A DNA stretch of 64,000 nucleotides, taken from assembly GCA_002189035.1 (NCBI GenBank), contig NEEC01000008.1, positions 1,302,001 through 1,366,000 of the forward strand, in the 5' to 3' direction. Positions 52,067-64,000 of this stretch are shown here, piece after piece. This DNA is from Utricularia gibba. Taxonomy: Eukaryota > Plantae > Magnoliophyta. How positions within the stretch are numbered: the first letter of the stretch is position 1; the number at the start of each line of letters is the position of its first letter. The notes beneath the pieces were generated by a model. It did not search any database and was not told the DNA's origin. It saw only the letters and a list, made by a program, of their open reading frames with translations. Made by a program: the position numbers and the translations under genes.

Positions 52067-52353
52067 TCACTCGGCTTTCTCAGCTGATTCGGCTCCGACG
52101 TCCGGCGTCGTCTCCGCCTCCTCCACTATTTCCGGTTCAGCTTTAACACCGGCTTCCTCCGGTTTAGCATCAGCAGCGACCTCCTCGGCTTTCTCCGATT
52201 CATCTCCGACCGGTGCCGCATCATCAATGACTTGCTTCTGAAGCTCTGCTTCAAGTGATTCAACCTGATGGAGGAGATCGGAGATTGCATTTGAAAACGA
52301 AAGTACACAACTCTAGAAGAGGAAAGTGCAGATAGTACCTCTGGGGTGGCCAT
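52067..52353 (-). CDS. 70-aa acidic Glu/Ala/Pro-rich disordered protein (Hev b 5/CCaP-like); exons 52353-52339, 52264-52067
   Basis: MATPE|GT..AG|VESLEAELQKQVIDDAAPVGDESEKAEEVAADAKPEEAG...AESAEKAE*. The in-frame splice and MAT.EV start resemble that family. Confidence 0.7.
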
Positions 52354-53542
52354 TTTTCTTCCTTCCTGTGCGATGATGGAGATGAAGAGACAGACCGACA
52401 TCAAAGGGTATTTATCAGTGAGAAAAGCGGTCAAGGGATGACGGGGGAAGAACGAATCCTGGAAAAAGTTTCATTAATGTCTCCGAAAAAAGCAAGATAA
52501 AAACAACACCAGATTCAGTGGTCTAAAAGCTAACTGGAAACATGTAAAAAGTCTTCATTTGAACGTTGAAAATTTGTTAAAAATTATTTTTTGGGAAATT
52601 TGTTTTTGAAAATAGAATTTTTCAAATGAATAATTTTTTAAATAAAAAATCAATAATATTTGATAACAAATTACTTTTGAAGCATTGACTTAGAATTCAA
52701 AAGGTTTGATTAGTAAAATTAAATTTATAATAGAGTAATGAATTATAACGCGTTTTATTTATGATTTTAAATAAAATTTATTATTTTTATTAAAATCCTT
52801 TAGAGTTTATTTAAATCTAATTATCTAGAATCAAACATTTAATAAAAAAATAATTCTTTTATATTATTTTTAATTAAATAAAAATAAATTAAGCTTTTTA
52901 TCCTAATTCTCTCAATAAATTTTGGGCAACTCAATCCAATTTGCTTCTCAATGGTACTTCTTTTTTGCTTCAATTATATAATTGCATTTTAATGGGCTTC
53001 TTATGATTGATTGTTTTTTAATTTAATTTTTCAATTGGAGTAAAAAAAAGAAAAAAAATATGGATTGGAGAAAATATATTCTGATTTGAGTTTTTTGGAT
53101 AATATAGAAATCTAGTCATCTTAAAAAAAACAAATTAATCAATTCAATATTAATTTTTTTAATTTAATATGTGAAATAAAAATAAAATAAAATCACATTT
53201 ATAAATTACCCTAGGGTTTATATTCACCGGTCATTTTTCAGTTTTCACCACCATTTTCTTAACATTCTCTCAAGTTTCTGTTCGAGGCCTTTTCTCCAAT
53301 TCTGTTTGAACTGCGTGTCTTCGAGTTCGGAAGTTTGGAACTGTTTTGTCTGTGGATAGCTGTGGGTATGAATTTTATTGCAGTAAGCGATTGCTCTGTA
53401 CTTGAGTAGTTTCATGTTGTCGAATAAATTCTCGCCTGAGCCGTGAAGCATGATACAATAGGCGTTGGGGTCGTAGAGAAGGTATTTGGATGTTGATGTT
53501 GTATGAAAAGTTCGAGTCTTGGGAAGGGTTAAGGGAATTTTG

Positions 53543-55758
53543 ATGGGGAATTCCGGTGGTAGGAAGAAGAAGCGTGGCGTTAGTTCAAACCAGAATCAGA
53601 ACCAAGATGAAGTTGCAGTGGAGGCTAATATATCTTCAGCTCCTATTGCGAACGGCGGTCAGAACTTTTACACGTCTGCTATTCTGCAAAAAGTGCATGA
53701 TGAAGGAGGGTAGCAGGAGATTTCAACAGAAGGATTACGTGGGTGCCCTTCAGCAGTACGAGAATGGCCTTAAGATTGCTCTGAGAATGCATCCTGATCG
53801 AGCAATCTTCCATAGTAACAGAGCTGCCTGTTTGATGCAGATAAAGCCTATTGATTATGAAGCTGTGATATCCGAGTGTACATTATCTCTTCAGGTGCAG
53901 CCAAGCTATTCCCGTGCCCTTTTGCGGAGAGCTCGTGCATATGATGCAATTGGAAAGCATGAAATGGCGATGCAGGATGTGCAGCTTCTGTTGGCTGGAG
54001 ATCCGAATCCTCGGGATGCGTTGGAGATTGAGAATGGCGCTTGGCCCTCACCAAGATGGACAGCAGGACCTTCGAAGCCGCCCATCTCCAGCAGCCCTTG
54101 GTGCCTCTGCTGTTGGGGCACCTATTCCTGGCCTTGGTCCGTGCCTGCCAGTTCGCCCTCTGTCGTCTAAGAAGTCTTCTTCATCTTCAGCAAAGGGGCA
54201 GTCGGCACCATCTCCGAAGTCAGAAAAGCTGTATCCCGTCCCAACGCCTGAAAATGGCCCTCAATCAAAAACAGAGATCCGAAAGTGTTCTTGAAACCCT
54301 CGAGTGGTTCTTCAGTACCAATTGTTTGTTCTGCACAGGTGAAGTTGCAGTACAGGCCGTTGAAACTTGTATATGATCGTGACATCAGGCTAGCTCAGAT
54401 CCCGGTGAGTTGCAGTTTTAAGGTTCTGCGAGATGTTGTTAGTGCACGTTTTCCAATGTCAAAATCAGTGCTCATTAAGTACAAGGACAGTGATGGAGAC
54501 TTAGTTACCATTACATGTTCAAATGCACTCAGATATGCTGAGTCCACAGTCGACAAAAATACTCCTAAAGACCTTGATTCTGATAAAGAAGATGCCTTTT
54601 CAGTGTTGAAGTTGCATATTGTTGAAGTTAGTCCCGAGCAAGATCCTCAGGTTCCAGAAGAGGAGTATGTGACGCCTCTAGTGGTTCAGGAACCTAAGGG
54701 AGATTAGAATGTTTCAAATTCCTCAACAACAGATCCTTCTGTGGATTCCGATGCTGCAAAGGCTGAGAAAATTGTTCAAAAAGCAGGGGCACCAGATGAC
54801 CCTGTCTTCAAGGAGGTTGAGATGGATGACTGGTTATTTGAGTTTGCACAGCTCTTCCGCTCTCGCTTGGTATTGACCCTGATGCTCATATCGAACCTCA
54901 TGAAATTGGGATGGAGATGTGTTCTGAAGCACTTGAGGATACCATTCCTAGCGAAGAGGCTCAAGGCCTCTTTGATAAGGCTGCTCTGAATTTTCAAGAG
55001 GTTGCTGCTCTAGCCTTTTTTAACTGGGGAAATGTGCATAGTGTGCCGCAAGAAAAATTATACCCATAAATGAATCAGTTAGCAAGGATAGTATGGTGGA
55101 GCAGCTGAAAAGTGCTTATGAGTGGGTGAAAGAAAGGTACAATCTTGCAAGGAGGAAATACGAGCAGTCACTATCTATCAAGCCAGACTTCTATGAGGGA
55201 CTTTTGGCTCTGGGACAGCAGCAATTTGAAATGGCGAAACTCCATTGGTCACTTGTGTTGGCTAAGAAGGAGAATCTTTCAGAATGGGATCCGTCTGGGA
55301 CCTTTAATCTTTTTGACAATGCTGAAGTGAAGTTGAAGGCCGCGACTGAGATGTGGGAAAAGCTGGAGGAAAAAAGACTCGATGAGCTTAAAAGTTCAAG
55401 TCTTAACAAGAAAGATGAACTGTTACTGAAAAGAAAGAAAAAACAGGGTGATCTTAATGCACAATCTAATTCCTCTGTGATTCCAGGGGAGATGTCTGCA
55501 GAAGAAGCAGAAAAGCAAGCTGATACTATGAGATCACATATTCAACTTTTCTGGGGCAACATGCTTTGTGAAAGATCCCAAATTGAGTGCAAGCTTGGCT
55601 TCCCAGGTTGGAAGTAGAATCTTGATGTTGCGGTTGAGCAATTCAAACTCGCAGGTGCCTCCCAAGCCGACATCTCATCTGTTCTTAAAAACCATTGTTC
55701 TAATGAACAAGCTATGAATAGAAGTGACAAAAATGTTGAAGATCACCCTACTAATTAA
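53543..55758 (+). pseudogene. CLMP1: CLUMPED CHLOROPLASTS1/PHOX2 (TPR + PB1) pseudogene
   Basis: MGNSGGRKKK; DYVGALQQYENG..HPDRAIFHSNRAACLMQIKPIDYE; ALGPHQ..SRPSPAALGAS; RPLKLVYDRDIRLAQ; EMDDWLFEFAQLFRS; DFYEGLLALGQQQFE; VLKNHCSN. In-frame TAG at 54705-54707 and 55615-55617; frameshifts near 53700, 54028, 54280, 54866 and 55040. Confidence 0.88.
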
Positions 55759-56935
55759 AGTATCCCAAAAAGGGACGACCTAAAGATTTGTTTCCCTCTA
55801 ATAGCTGGAACATATTCGTGGGGTGAGCTTCTCCCTCAAGATGATGATATTCTTGCAAGTTGCACATCAAGTGGTTTTTTCTGATCATGCAAAAAATGCA
55901 TCTGAATCGTGGACAAGTGCTGACTGTGGCCTTTTGGATAGGCTCAGATGTTCTGCAAAATCCATGACAACTGGTTGCTGTCATTTGATCTGCTTGGGAT
56001 GCAACCATTTCATGATGGAATAAGAAACATGGAAGCCTCTCCTTTTCCTGCTTACTGTTCACTCCAGCCTATGTTAAATGCTCCCTCCAGTAAAGCCATG
56101 TGATACAAAAGACAGGGGCCGAAGCGGGTGAAGGTAGAAACTAGAAACGGAGGATGCTGCTACTATTACCATTTGATGGGATCAGGGAAAGCTGGTGAGT
56201 TCACGTGGTGGTGGTTTTGATGATGATGATGATGATGGGGTATGGGGTTTAAGTTTGGTTGAACCACAAAACCGCAAGGAACAAAGACAAAAATGCCTCT
56301 GCTGCTGCTCCTCCTTCTCCTGCATCCCTTGTACTCTTCTCCTTGGATTCCCTCTTGCGTCCACTCCTCAGCCTTCTTATCCCTTCACCTTCACCATTGG
56401 AAAGCCGACTGTTTCTGCTTTTTATCACCAGCAGCTCAAAACTAGCTGCTTGTCACACATTCTGAACAGATTGTTTGAATGGGAACAGGCACATAAGCAT
56501 TGAATGCTGACACCGTGACCTGCAAATTTGAGACCATTTTTAGGCACCGCCAATGTGTCAACATTTTCATGTGTAAATGAACAGTTATATCACTGCTTTT
56601 CAAGCAAAATGGCAAAGACAAAGGGAGGCGCAGCGCAGCACCTTTTTTCTTTTACTGTCCAAATCTCACCCCCACTTCAAACTTTCTCCTTGTAATAATT
56701 GATACCAATTATTTGAAAGCCTTTCAAATTTCATAAAAAAAAAATTAAAAAAATCATTCTTTAAAAATAATAAATATTTCTATAATTTTCATTTTTTAGT
56801 AACTTTTTTTTTAAAAATAAGTTAATCTATATTATTATTTTATTAATATTTATTTATATTTTGAATAATTTTATAAAATAAATTCATTTAAATTCAAATC
56901 GTCCAAGCCACCACCTTTGTGGTGATCGTACACTT

Positions 56936-57029
56936 GAACCGGACACGGTGTCGCGTATGCGATGAATGATCCATGGAAGCGGACGCGGTGTCGCGTTTGG
57001 GATGAATGAAGTATAGAACCGGACACGGT
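56936..57029. repeat. Degenerate 40-bp tandem repeat (about 2.3 copies) with core GAACCGGACACGGT
   Basis: Units start at 56936, 56976 and 57016; an extra AACCGGACAC lies at 57045-57054. Confidence 0.85.
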
Positions 57030-58267
57030 CCAATTAAAAACCTAAACCGGACACTCCCCCTGCTTTATTTAGAATCTCCAAGAATAGGAGAGCCTCAAAC
57101 ATCTTCGATACTGGATCCGGTCTGGCAATAATAAAGACCTTTTCAGAAAATAATAATAATGTAATAATAATTAAAGCCATCCGGCACATGGCAGTTGCTG
57201 TCGGGCTTAGGACCGTTTTCCGGGGGGTTGGGGCCGTCATTAATTAAACAAGATACCACACTTCGCAATGCCCTTTTATTTTAAATATTTCCACACTATT
57301 TTTATTAAAAAAATACAGTTTTGGTAATTTTATATCTTTTTTTATTCAAAATCAGCAACTCCACATTTATTAGATCGGAATTCATGGTAAGTAAGGACAA
57401 TGGTGCTAGGCATAGCCTTTGACTGTACAGTCTAATTCTATTTTCGAATTATAGTGATTTTTTATGAATTGTTAGAAATCAGGAAAAAAAAAGGAAGTGT
57501 ACGGAAAGGGGATCTTTTTTTTATCATCTTTTTAATAATAAAAAAGGCAGAATGTTCTCCAAATGTGCATTTTTTTTAAAGAAAATGAGACATGAGTGAG
57601 GTGTGTGTCAACAAAATGGCACAGTACGGTGGGATCCAGGAAGCGTGTTGTCGTGTAAACAATGAATATTAGGGGGGAATTGTTTCCAAAAATAATTTTA
57701 TTATGAAATACGAATACTTAATTTTTTAAAATGAATAACAATTTAAAATTATGAAACATTTTTTCATATTAAAAATTGATTTGAAAAAATAAAATAATAA
57801 ACATTATAAAGTGAATAAAATATGGAGGAGTAGGGGTAGGATATGTAATAGAAGGGAGGGGAATATTATTGTACGAAAAAGTGAGCATTTATAGTATAAA
57901 TTTTTTAACTTAGTGTGTAATAGAGTGGTGTGCAATTTTCTAAATTTTAGTATTTTTGGATTATTTTTAATAAGTAAAAGAAAAAAAAATCTGGTTTGGT
58001 AATAAATAATTAGTTATTTTAAGAAGGAAAAAAAATGTTATCCTAAGCCCTTATTCACTCATGATTGATTTCAAGTCATCCCTTGACAGTTGACACACCA
58101 TACCATATATCTCTCTTTCTTTCTTTCTCTCTCTCTCTCTCTCCTCCTTTATTACTTCCTTCTCCTTCCAACCAAACAGAGACCTGCCCCAGTCCCCATT
58201 CCCCATCACTTTCCTCCTCCTTCGGCTTCTGCTTCTTCTATCTTCACGTCCGGGATTGCAGACCGCC

Positions 58268-59137
58268 ATGACAATGGAGCTTTCTCCGCAGACTTCTATG
58301 TCATCCAATTCGCCGGAGTTTGAGTTTAGTAAACTGTCCCACCCGCAGCCGAACCTTCTCTCGGCAGACCAGTTGTTTTCCGGTGGTTTTCTGCTCCCTC
58401 TACACAACCTCAATATCTCCAATGAAACGACTCCAGCGCCTGAGAAAGAGCCCTTGCCGGGGCCGGTGTTGTTTCAGGAGTCGCCGCGGCCGTCCTCCAC
58501 TTTCCCCTCTCCCGCTAGTTCTAAGAGATGGAGGCAGATATTTAGGAAGACCGGGAAGAAGAGTAGCCTGGATTTTGACAAGGATGTGGCAGGGGGGAAG
58601 GACAGGAAGAAGATTAACGCCGCCGTCGGGGTCAGCGTGGCGTCGGCGGAGCTTAATATCAATCTATGGCCTTTCTCTAGAAGTAGATCGGCGGGGACTG
58701 GCGGCGGCCGCCCTAGGACTGCGGCTGCGGCGGCGACTGTACGGAAAGTCAGCAGCGCCCCCTGTTCGAGGAGTAACTCAACAGGGGAGTCAAAATCGAG
58801 AAAGCCGCCGGCCAGTACGGTCACCGGCGTTCACTTGGGAAGAACCAGCCCCATCTTGAAATTCCGCCGGGGGGGCCGCCGGAGCACCCCCCAGAACGTA
58901 TCCTCCCCGAAAGCCGCCCCAGTTGGGACGAAAACGAAGGTATTAAATTTGAATGTCCCGATGTGCATCGGGTACCGGCAGAACTCGAGTTGCAGCCGGG
59001 AAGAAAACAGCCCGATCGACGCGGCCGTGGCTGCCGCAACGGATGCCGTGACGGAGGGCGCCGCCGTGGGAGGCGAAGAATTACGTAGAAGTAATTTATT
59101 GAGCATAAGGAACTTATTTACCAAAAACGTTTATTAA
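58268..59137 (+). CDS. Plant-specific basic Ser/Arg-rich protein, possibly MAKR/BKI1-like; uncharacterised
   Basis: Single long ORF with motifs I recall from an uncharacterised plant family: SSNSPEFEF, NLLSADQLF.GG.LLPL, SKRWRQIF, AELNINLWPFSRSRSAG, RKVSSAPCSRSNS.GES, VLNLNVPMCIGYR. Family label is tentative. Confidence 0.75.
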   Translation: MTMELSPQTSMSSNSPEFEFSKLSHPQPNLLSADQLFSGGFLLPLHNLNISNETTPAPEKEPLPGPVLFQESPRPSSTFPSPASSKRWRQIFRKTGKKSSLDFDKDVAGGKDRKKINAAVGVSVASAELNINLWPFSRSRSAGTGGGRPRTAAAAATVRKVSSAPCSRSNSTGESKSRKPPASTVTGVHLGRTSPILKFRRGGRRSTPQNVSSPKAAPVGTKTKVLNLNVPMCIGYRQNSSCSREENSPIDAAVAAATDAVTEGAAVGGEELRRSNLLSIRNLFTKNVY

Positions 59138-60880
59138 TTAAGTTTGGACCATGGACAGTTGTCTGCTGTCCTTTTTCTTCTTGTTTTTCCCGATATTTAT
59201 ATATTGTACACATAAGTTAATGTTAATTCCAAGTCGACCCCTCCAGTTCCGAGGTATGTTTTCAAAACCCCGGTCCCGAGCTCCCAACTCTGCGTGGATC
59301 CGGTTCAACACGTTTGCGGGGAAGGGGACCAACCACAATGACTCGAGGAGAGGAACTCCAGACCGCACCAATTGAACCGCCACCAAACCCGGTCCAAACC
59401 CGCTATACACAAAACCAAAGTAGTGTTCAGGAATATTTCTCCATATTATTTCTATTTTTAAAATAATAAAAATAATTTGTACACGGAACATAATTAATTT
59501 CTATTTTTAGTTATAGTAAAAATATTTTTAAAATCAAGTTATATAAACAGTAAAAATTAAAAATAACAAGATACCTATTTCTATAAATTATTTTTACTTC
59601 TACTTTAAATTTTTCGAAAATTAGAAATATTCAAGAACACTACCCAAGTCACACCTAATAAAACGTAGCACTAGTTATTATCATTCAAGTTGAATTTTGA
59701 TTCTTGGGGTGTATCCGTAGTAGCTCTTGTCAATGTATGATGCCCTACCGGCGTTGAAAATTGGGAGGATGGAGTGCCGTCCCATCGGAGATGAGACGAC
59801 CAGAACGTGGTGGTGGGAGACACCCACCATATGCACAAATTGGCTGCTTGTGTTGTTGACCGGCGGACCGGCTCGAGTTGTTCCCCATCTCTCCATTACC
59901 TTCTTCATTATGGTTTTGGAAAGTAATTTTAGGATCTGTTAAAAATTACATTATATTATATATTACATGACCATAGTTGATTAACGAAAACATAGTGATG
60001 TAGGGAGTTGTCATGTTGTAAGTTATGACAAATATTGATTGGAACACATGTTGTGATTGTAATTTAAATATTTAATCCGAGCCAATTTGCAGTACAAATC
60101 GAACTCAAATGTCCAACTAGTGGACAAATTATATTTTTTATACTGACTCATCTAATTTGACTCGATGAATATCGATTCATGTCCAAGTCGATTTTCAATC
60201 ATATCCAAATAAACCCATAAAGTATTTACCTATTCATGGTCACTCAAAATGTATTCTTCAAACACATAAAGTGGTATGATAGCTCAAAAAATATAAAATC
60301 ATAATTATTTAATGTGTAAAACCTCTTTTTTTTAAAAAAAATGAAAATATCAAAACGAATAATATTATATAAAAAAGGGGGGGGATTCTAAGGTTTAGTC
60401 GGGTAGATGGGGGGGAACTGGAGGAAAGAATCTTTTTATAGTATGAGGATGGGAAGAATCTGATAATAGAGATTGGGTGATTAGTGTGCGAGGGGGGCGG
60501 GGGGTGGAGATGGAATACGACATCGTACTGGGTGTGGAAGGAGGGGTTTCAGAGTAAAAGAGGGTTTGGTGTTGGGAATAAATTGACAAATCCAACACCT
60601 CACGGCGTGCCCCACCCCCACCTCCCTCCCCAATTATTCTCCATTATTTACAATACAATCAATTTTCACTGTTTTCAAAGATATAATACAAAATTAGTAA
60701 TATATTTTATTAATCAATATCTTATTCAATAAATAAAGAAATTTAATTCAAAAAAGCGAATTTATTTTTTTTAAAAAAATACTGTAATCATCCGTCATAA
60801 ACTGAAGGAAGAAAGAACCATCCATGACGGCCCAGTTGTTTATTTGGTACTTGCCCACTGGGTTCTGGATTGGTGCGGCG

Positions 60881-62287
60881 CTATTTCTTGGGGTACTCTC
60901 TTGCTCCAAAAATTGTAGACCCGATTCGAACATTCGTGCTGCCCATTTCGATCTGCAAAACAGTGGAGAATTTCGCTATGAAAAGATGATGACATTGTGA
61001 GAATCTGAAATGAGAAGCTAGGGAGGGGGATCATACAGCCAACTCAAAGTCACTAGACATGCCCATGGATAGCTCGCATTGCTCTTCTGGTATCTCCAGG
61101 GTCTTGCAGATCCCAGTTCTACACTCTGTGAGAGTCTGAAGCATCCCACAAGTTAGTGACCAACCAACGAACGCAATTCAAGCAGACAAGTTTGTGTGAC
61201 AATGAACAAGCTTGAGAAAGCGAGGATAAGGAGTGGCATGAACCTTGAAATTTTCAGGCGTAGAAGTGTAATCTGGCATTCCGATGGTCATCAAGCCACA
61301 GAATTCAAGGTTTGGACAGTTTGTCCTAACATGCTGGACAAGTTCCAAGCAACTTGCGGGTTCAACACCAGATTTCGCTGTTATTGTAAAGGGCAAAAGC
61401 ATTCTTATATTTTGGCTATATGCATAGACAACCCGCTACGATGCTCACAAAAAGGAAAGAAAGTTATGTGAAAAAAGGTTCCCTGAAAGTAAGGCATACG
61501 CAAGTTACTCACATTCTTCACCACTAGTGTTAACTTGGATCATCACTTTGAGGGGTTTTCGTCCAATGCTCCCGACTCCTCGGTTTAGATGATTTGCAAT
61601 CTGCGAAAAGAAGCAATAGTTAAAAGAATCAGGCCATTAGATGCATCTCATCCAACTTGGTAGTAGTCATAAAACGAAATGACAAGCCTTTTTACCTTCT
61701 CATCGTCCACGGTCTCAACCATGGCTAGATTTGGAACACCTGCAGAACACAGATGCGGAGCATCGTAATCATCTCATTCCAGAATTTCAACTAACATAAA
61801 AAATCACTCCAAAATCGAGTCATCCGTAGTAGTATCCGTGACACCTAAAAGACATTCGTATAGTAAAATGGCCAAGTGAATACTTAACAGGGCCTTCACT
61901 TTGTTGCTCTGCAAATTGCCGATAAAATGCCATTCTATGTCCTCCTCCAACTGCAGCCCACAACATGAAGTTGCGGAAAACGCGAGAGCGAGTAAGAAAG
62001 AAAGAGTTGTGACAGTGCAAAAATTGCTCTTCAATCGTTTACAAGGAAGCAGAGCAGCGAACCTGCGGAGCTTTTTCGACAAGTTCTTGCACGTAATTTT
62101 CGCCGAAATATCGGTGCCCCGCATCGTATACTTGGCGAATGAGTGAGATCGGTTTCGTTTTGCTCACAGCCACCACACGAACTTGATCCGTAGAACGGCT
62201 ACTCTTCTCGGCTGCCCGTTTAACCCGCTGCAATATTGATCGCAGCGCCGCCGCGGCGAGTCCATCGGCGGAGGAAACCGCGGCCAT
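60881..62287 (-). CDS. PLPBP: Pyridoxal phosphate homeostasis protein (PLPBP/PROSC/YggS), 7 exons
   Basis: [26 protein letters not shown]; [13 protein letters not shown]; [14 protein letters not shown]; [10 protein letters not shown]; [36 protein letters not shown]. Confidence 0.95.
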
Positions 62288-62534
62288 GACTGAACCTTCC
62301 GCAGATGGTTGATGGATTTCCACAATTCTCATTCAGTTCAAGATCGTTCATTTTCCATGAGTTATAGAAATCCCCAACCCTAGAATTTGTGTAATAATTT
62401 TAAGGATTTAAAAAATGTTAACAACGGTTATTTCGAGTTTATTATATTTATTAATTAATATATTGCGCTTAAAATTACAATAATAGTCTAATAGTAAAAT
62501 AAAAGGAATCAATAAAATAAAAGAATTCAATCCA

Positions 62535-63218
62535 TCAGCTGAAATACTGCGGGCATCTTCGGCTCCTATACTCCGGCAACATCGATCCATCAGCGCCAAC
62601 TCCGACGTCGCAATTTGCATGCATAATATGCCTTCTACTATCCCACGTCGAAATCTGAAACTTAATCTCCGATCTAATCTCAACTCTGAAAACAACTCTG
62701 CCATCTCCTATATCGGACAACAACCGGTGCCAAGTATCGCCGGATATACTCACGGCCGGGCCTCCGAGCTGCCCCGATATGAGTGTCGTGTTTTTGGGTC
62801 TCTGTAAAAAGGGAAACAGCACCGGCGAAGTGCCTAGTGTTTGGTCATTGTAGAATACAGTCACCTGAATTGAATCGTAGTGGATGGCGATGTTTTGGTT
62901 GGAGTTCCGGTCGGTGATGTTGTAGTAGATGACGGCGGTCTCCGGACCTGCGGCAGAGGATTGCGCGATTGCGGGGATAGAGAACTGGTCGACGTAGAAG
63001 CGAGGGCGGTGTGGGCGGAGGCTGAGCCAGATAATGAAGAAGATGAGGCCGATGACGAAAAGAACTACTAAGAAGATGGAGCATATTAGTTTGGAGATTC
63101 TAGTTGTGAGGCTTTCTCTCACGCGGTGGGCGTAGTGTTTGGCTTTCTGAAAGCTGCCGGTCTTCTGAGGTGGCGGTGGTGTCGAAGCGAGGACGGGTAC
63201 TCGGTTTTCCGACCACAT
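62535..63218 (-). CDS. NDR1/HIN1-like (LEA_2) membrane protein, intronless
   Basis: Transmembrane segment followed by WLSLRPHRPRF, NSNQNIAIHYD, PFLQRPKNTT, and C-terminal HIMHANCDVGVG.DG. Confidence 0.88.
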   Translation of the reverse strand: MWSENRVPVLASTPPPPQKTGSFQKAKHYAHRVRESLTTRISKLICSIFLVVLFVIGLIFFIIWLSLRPHRPRFYVDQFSIPAIAQSSAAGPETAVIYYNITDRNSNQNIAIHYDSIQVTVFYNDQTLGTSPVLFPFLQRPKNTTLISGQLGGPAVSISGDTWHRLLSDIGDGRVVFRVEIRSEIKFQISTWDSRRHIMHANCDVGVGADGSMLPEYRSRRCPQYFS

Positions 63219-63593
63219 TTTTCAGATGGAATGGAGCAGAATAGCGGCCGTGTAAGGTGCTTACCAATATGCTTAAATGAAAATGAAGATGAAGAATCTT
63301 CACTTTGAGTGTATGGTATGATTAGGGAAAGGCATCTTTCCAAAATCAGGTCAGAAGCAATGTTGCACCATGGAGGAAATGCGAATAAGCAGAATGGACA
63401 TACCATTAGAAGCCTCAAAGCACCAATCACAATGATACAGATATAATAAAGACGATAGGTGGTAAACGGAAATCACTCAGAAGAACTCATGGTGGTGGAA
63501 AGACATATCTTCATAATCTCCAGAAAGGTATTATGAACAGAAACACAATGGCAAGATGCCCAGGCAGAAGAAATTATTCACAATTACTGGGAT

Positions 63594-64000
63594 TTAGTAT
63601 CGTCTAGAGATCCGGGGCATCGAGCATTTGTTTTTTCTATCATGGAAAAGTCTGAGAATGATTGCAGCTGTTTCCTCAATGGCTCTTCCGGTAACCTCTG
63701 TAACCAAGAAGATCATACAAGGTGAGCAGGGAATGCCCAGGTAAGGAATTCAAGAGCAATGTTTGGAGGCTAACCGATAACAGGCCACTTGGGATTCCGC
63801 TGAAAAATCTTGGTAGCAAAATCCAGCTCCCGTCTAACATGATCCATGTCAGAGTAGGTGCTTCGCATTTCATCATTGAAGGATAAGCTCTTTGCCCTCG
63901 CCCTTCGGATTGTGTGCAGGACTACTGGGTTTATGGTCAGTGCAAAAACCTTCTCATTGTTCTCCTCAAAGAGGCTATCCGGCAAGTCAGCATTCATGAC
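63594..64000 (-). CDS. Pyruvate,phosphate dikinase regulatory protein (RP1/RP2), 3' part; exons ..64000-63775 and 63697-63594
   Basis: [44 protein letters not shown]|[34 protein letters not shown]. Confidence 0.92.

Noticed and set aside
59681-59942. Short ORFs in a GC-richer island between the MAKR-like gene and PLPBP
   Set aside because: No recognisable homology or splice structure.

Overview
Gene-dense nuclear region of a flowering plant (eudicot-like), with short GT-AG introns and AT-rich spacers. I see no LTR or transposase ORFs, rRNA, tRNA or CRISPR. About 21 protein-coding loci or remnants, in order: UNICORN-like AGC2 kinase (3' part), DHDPS pseudogene fragment, SSL3-like copy a (+), zinc-finger-only YABBY (-), SSL3-like copy b (-), full YAB2-like (+), FAF-like/EAR1-like, LHW bHLH with an upstream peptide ORF, UGT75-like, AS1/PHAN MYB, MYB3R, histone H4, ADF, Pi21-like HIPP, NAR1, a 70-aa acidic protein, a CLMP1/PHOX2 pseudogene, a MAKR-like unknown, PLPBP, NHL, and PPDK regulatory protein (3' part). 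Best leads: (1) an interleaved SSL(+) YAB(-) SSL(-) YAB(+) block in which one YABBY keeps only an intact zinc finger (microProtein candidate) and the other has an exon-2 frameshift that a TAG acceptor 5 nt downstream could rescue; (2) a truncated DHDPS remnant in the promoter/5' leader position of SSL copy a; (3) a conserved-type peptide uORF before LHW; (4) MSA elements in the MYB3R gene's own 5' region. Caveat: seven genes carry -1 deletions in short homopolymers, a typical long-read consensus error, so those frameshifts are probably artefacts. The DHDPS and CLMP1 remnants also carry nonsense codons and larger deletions and look like real pseudogenes. Family assignments come from my recall of known sequences; no database search was run.
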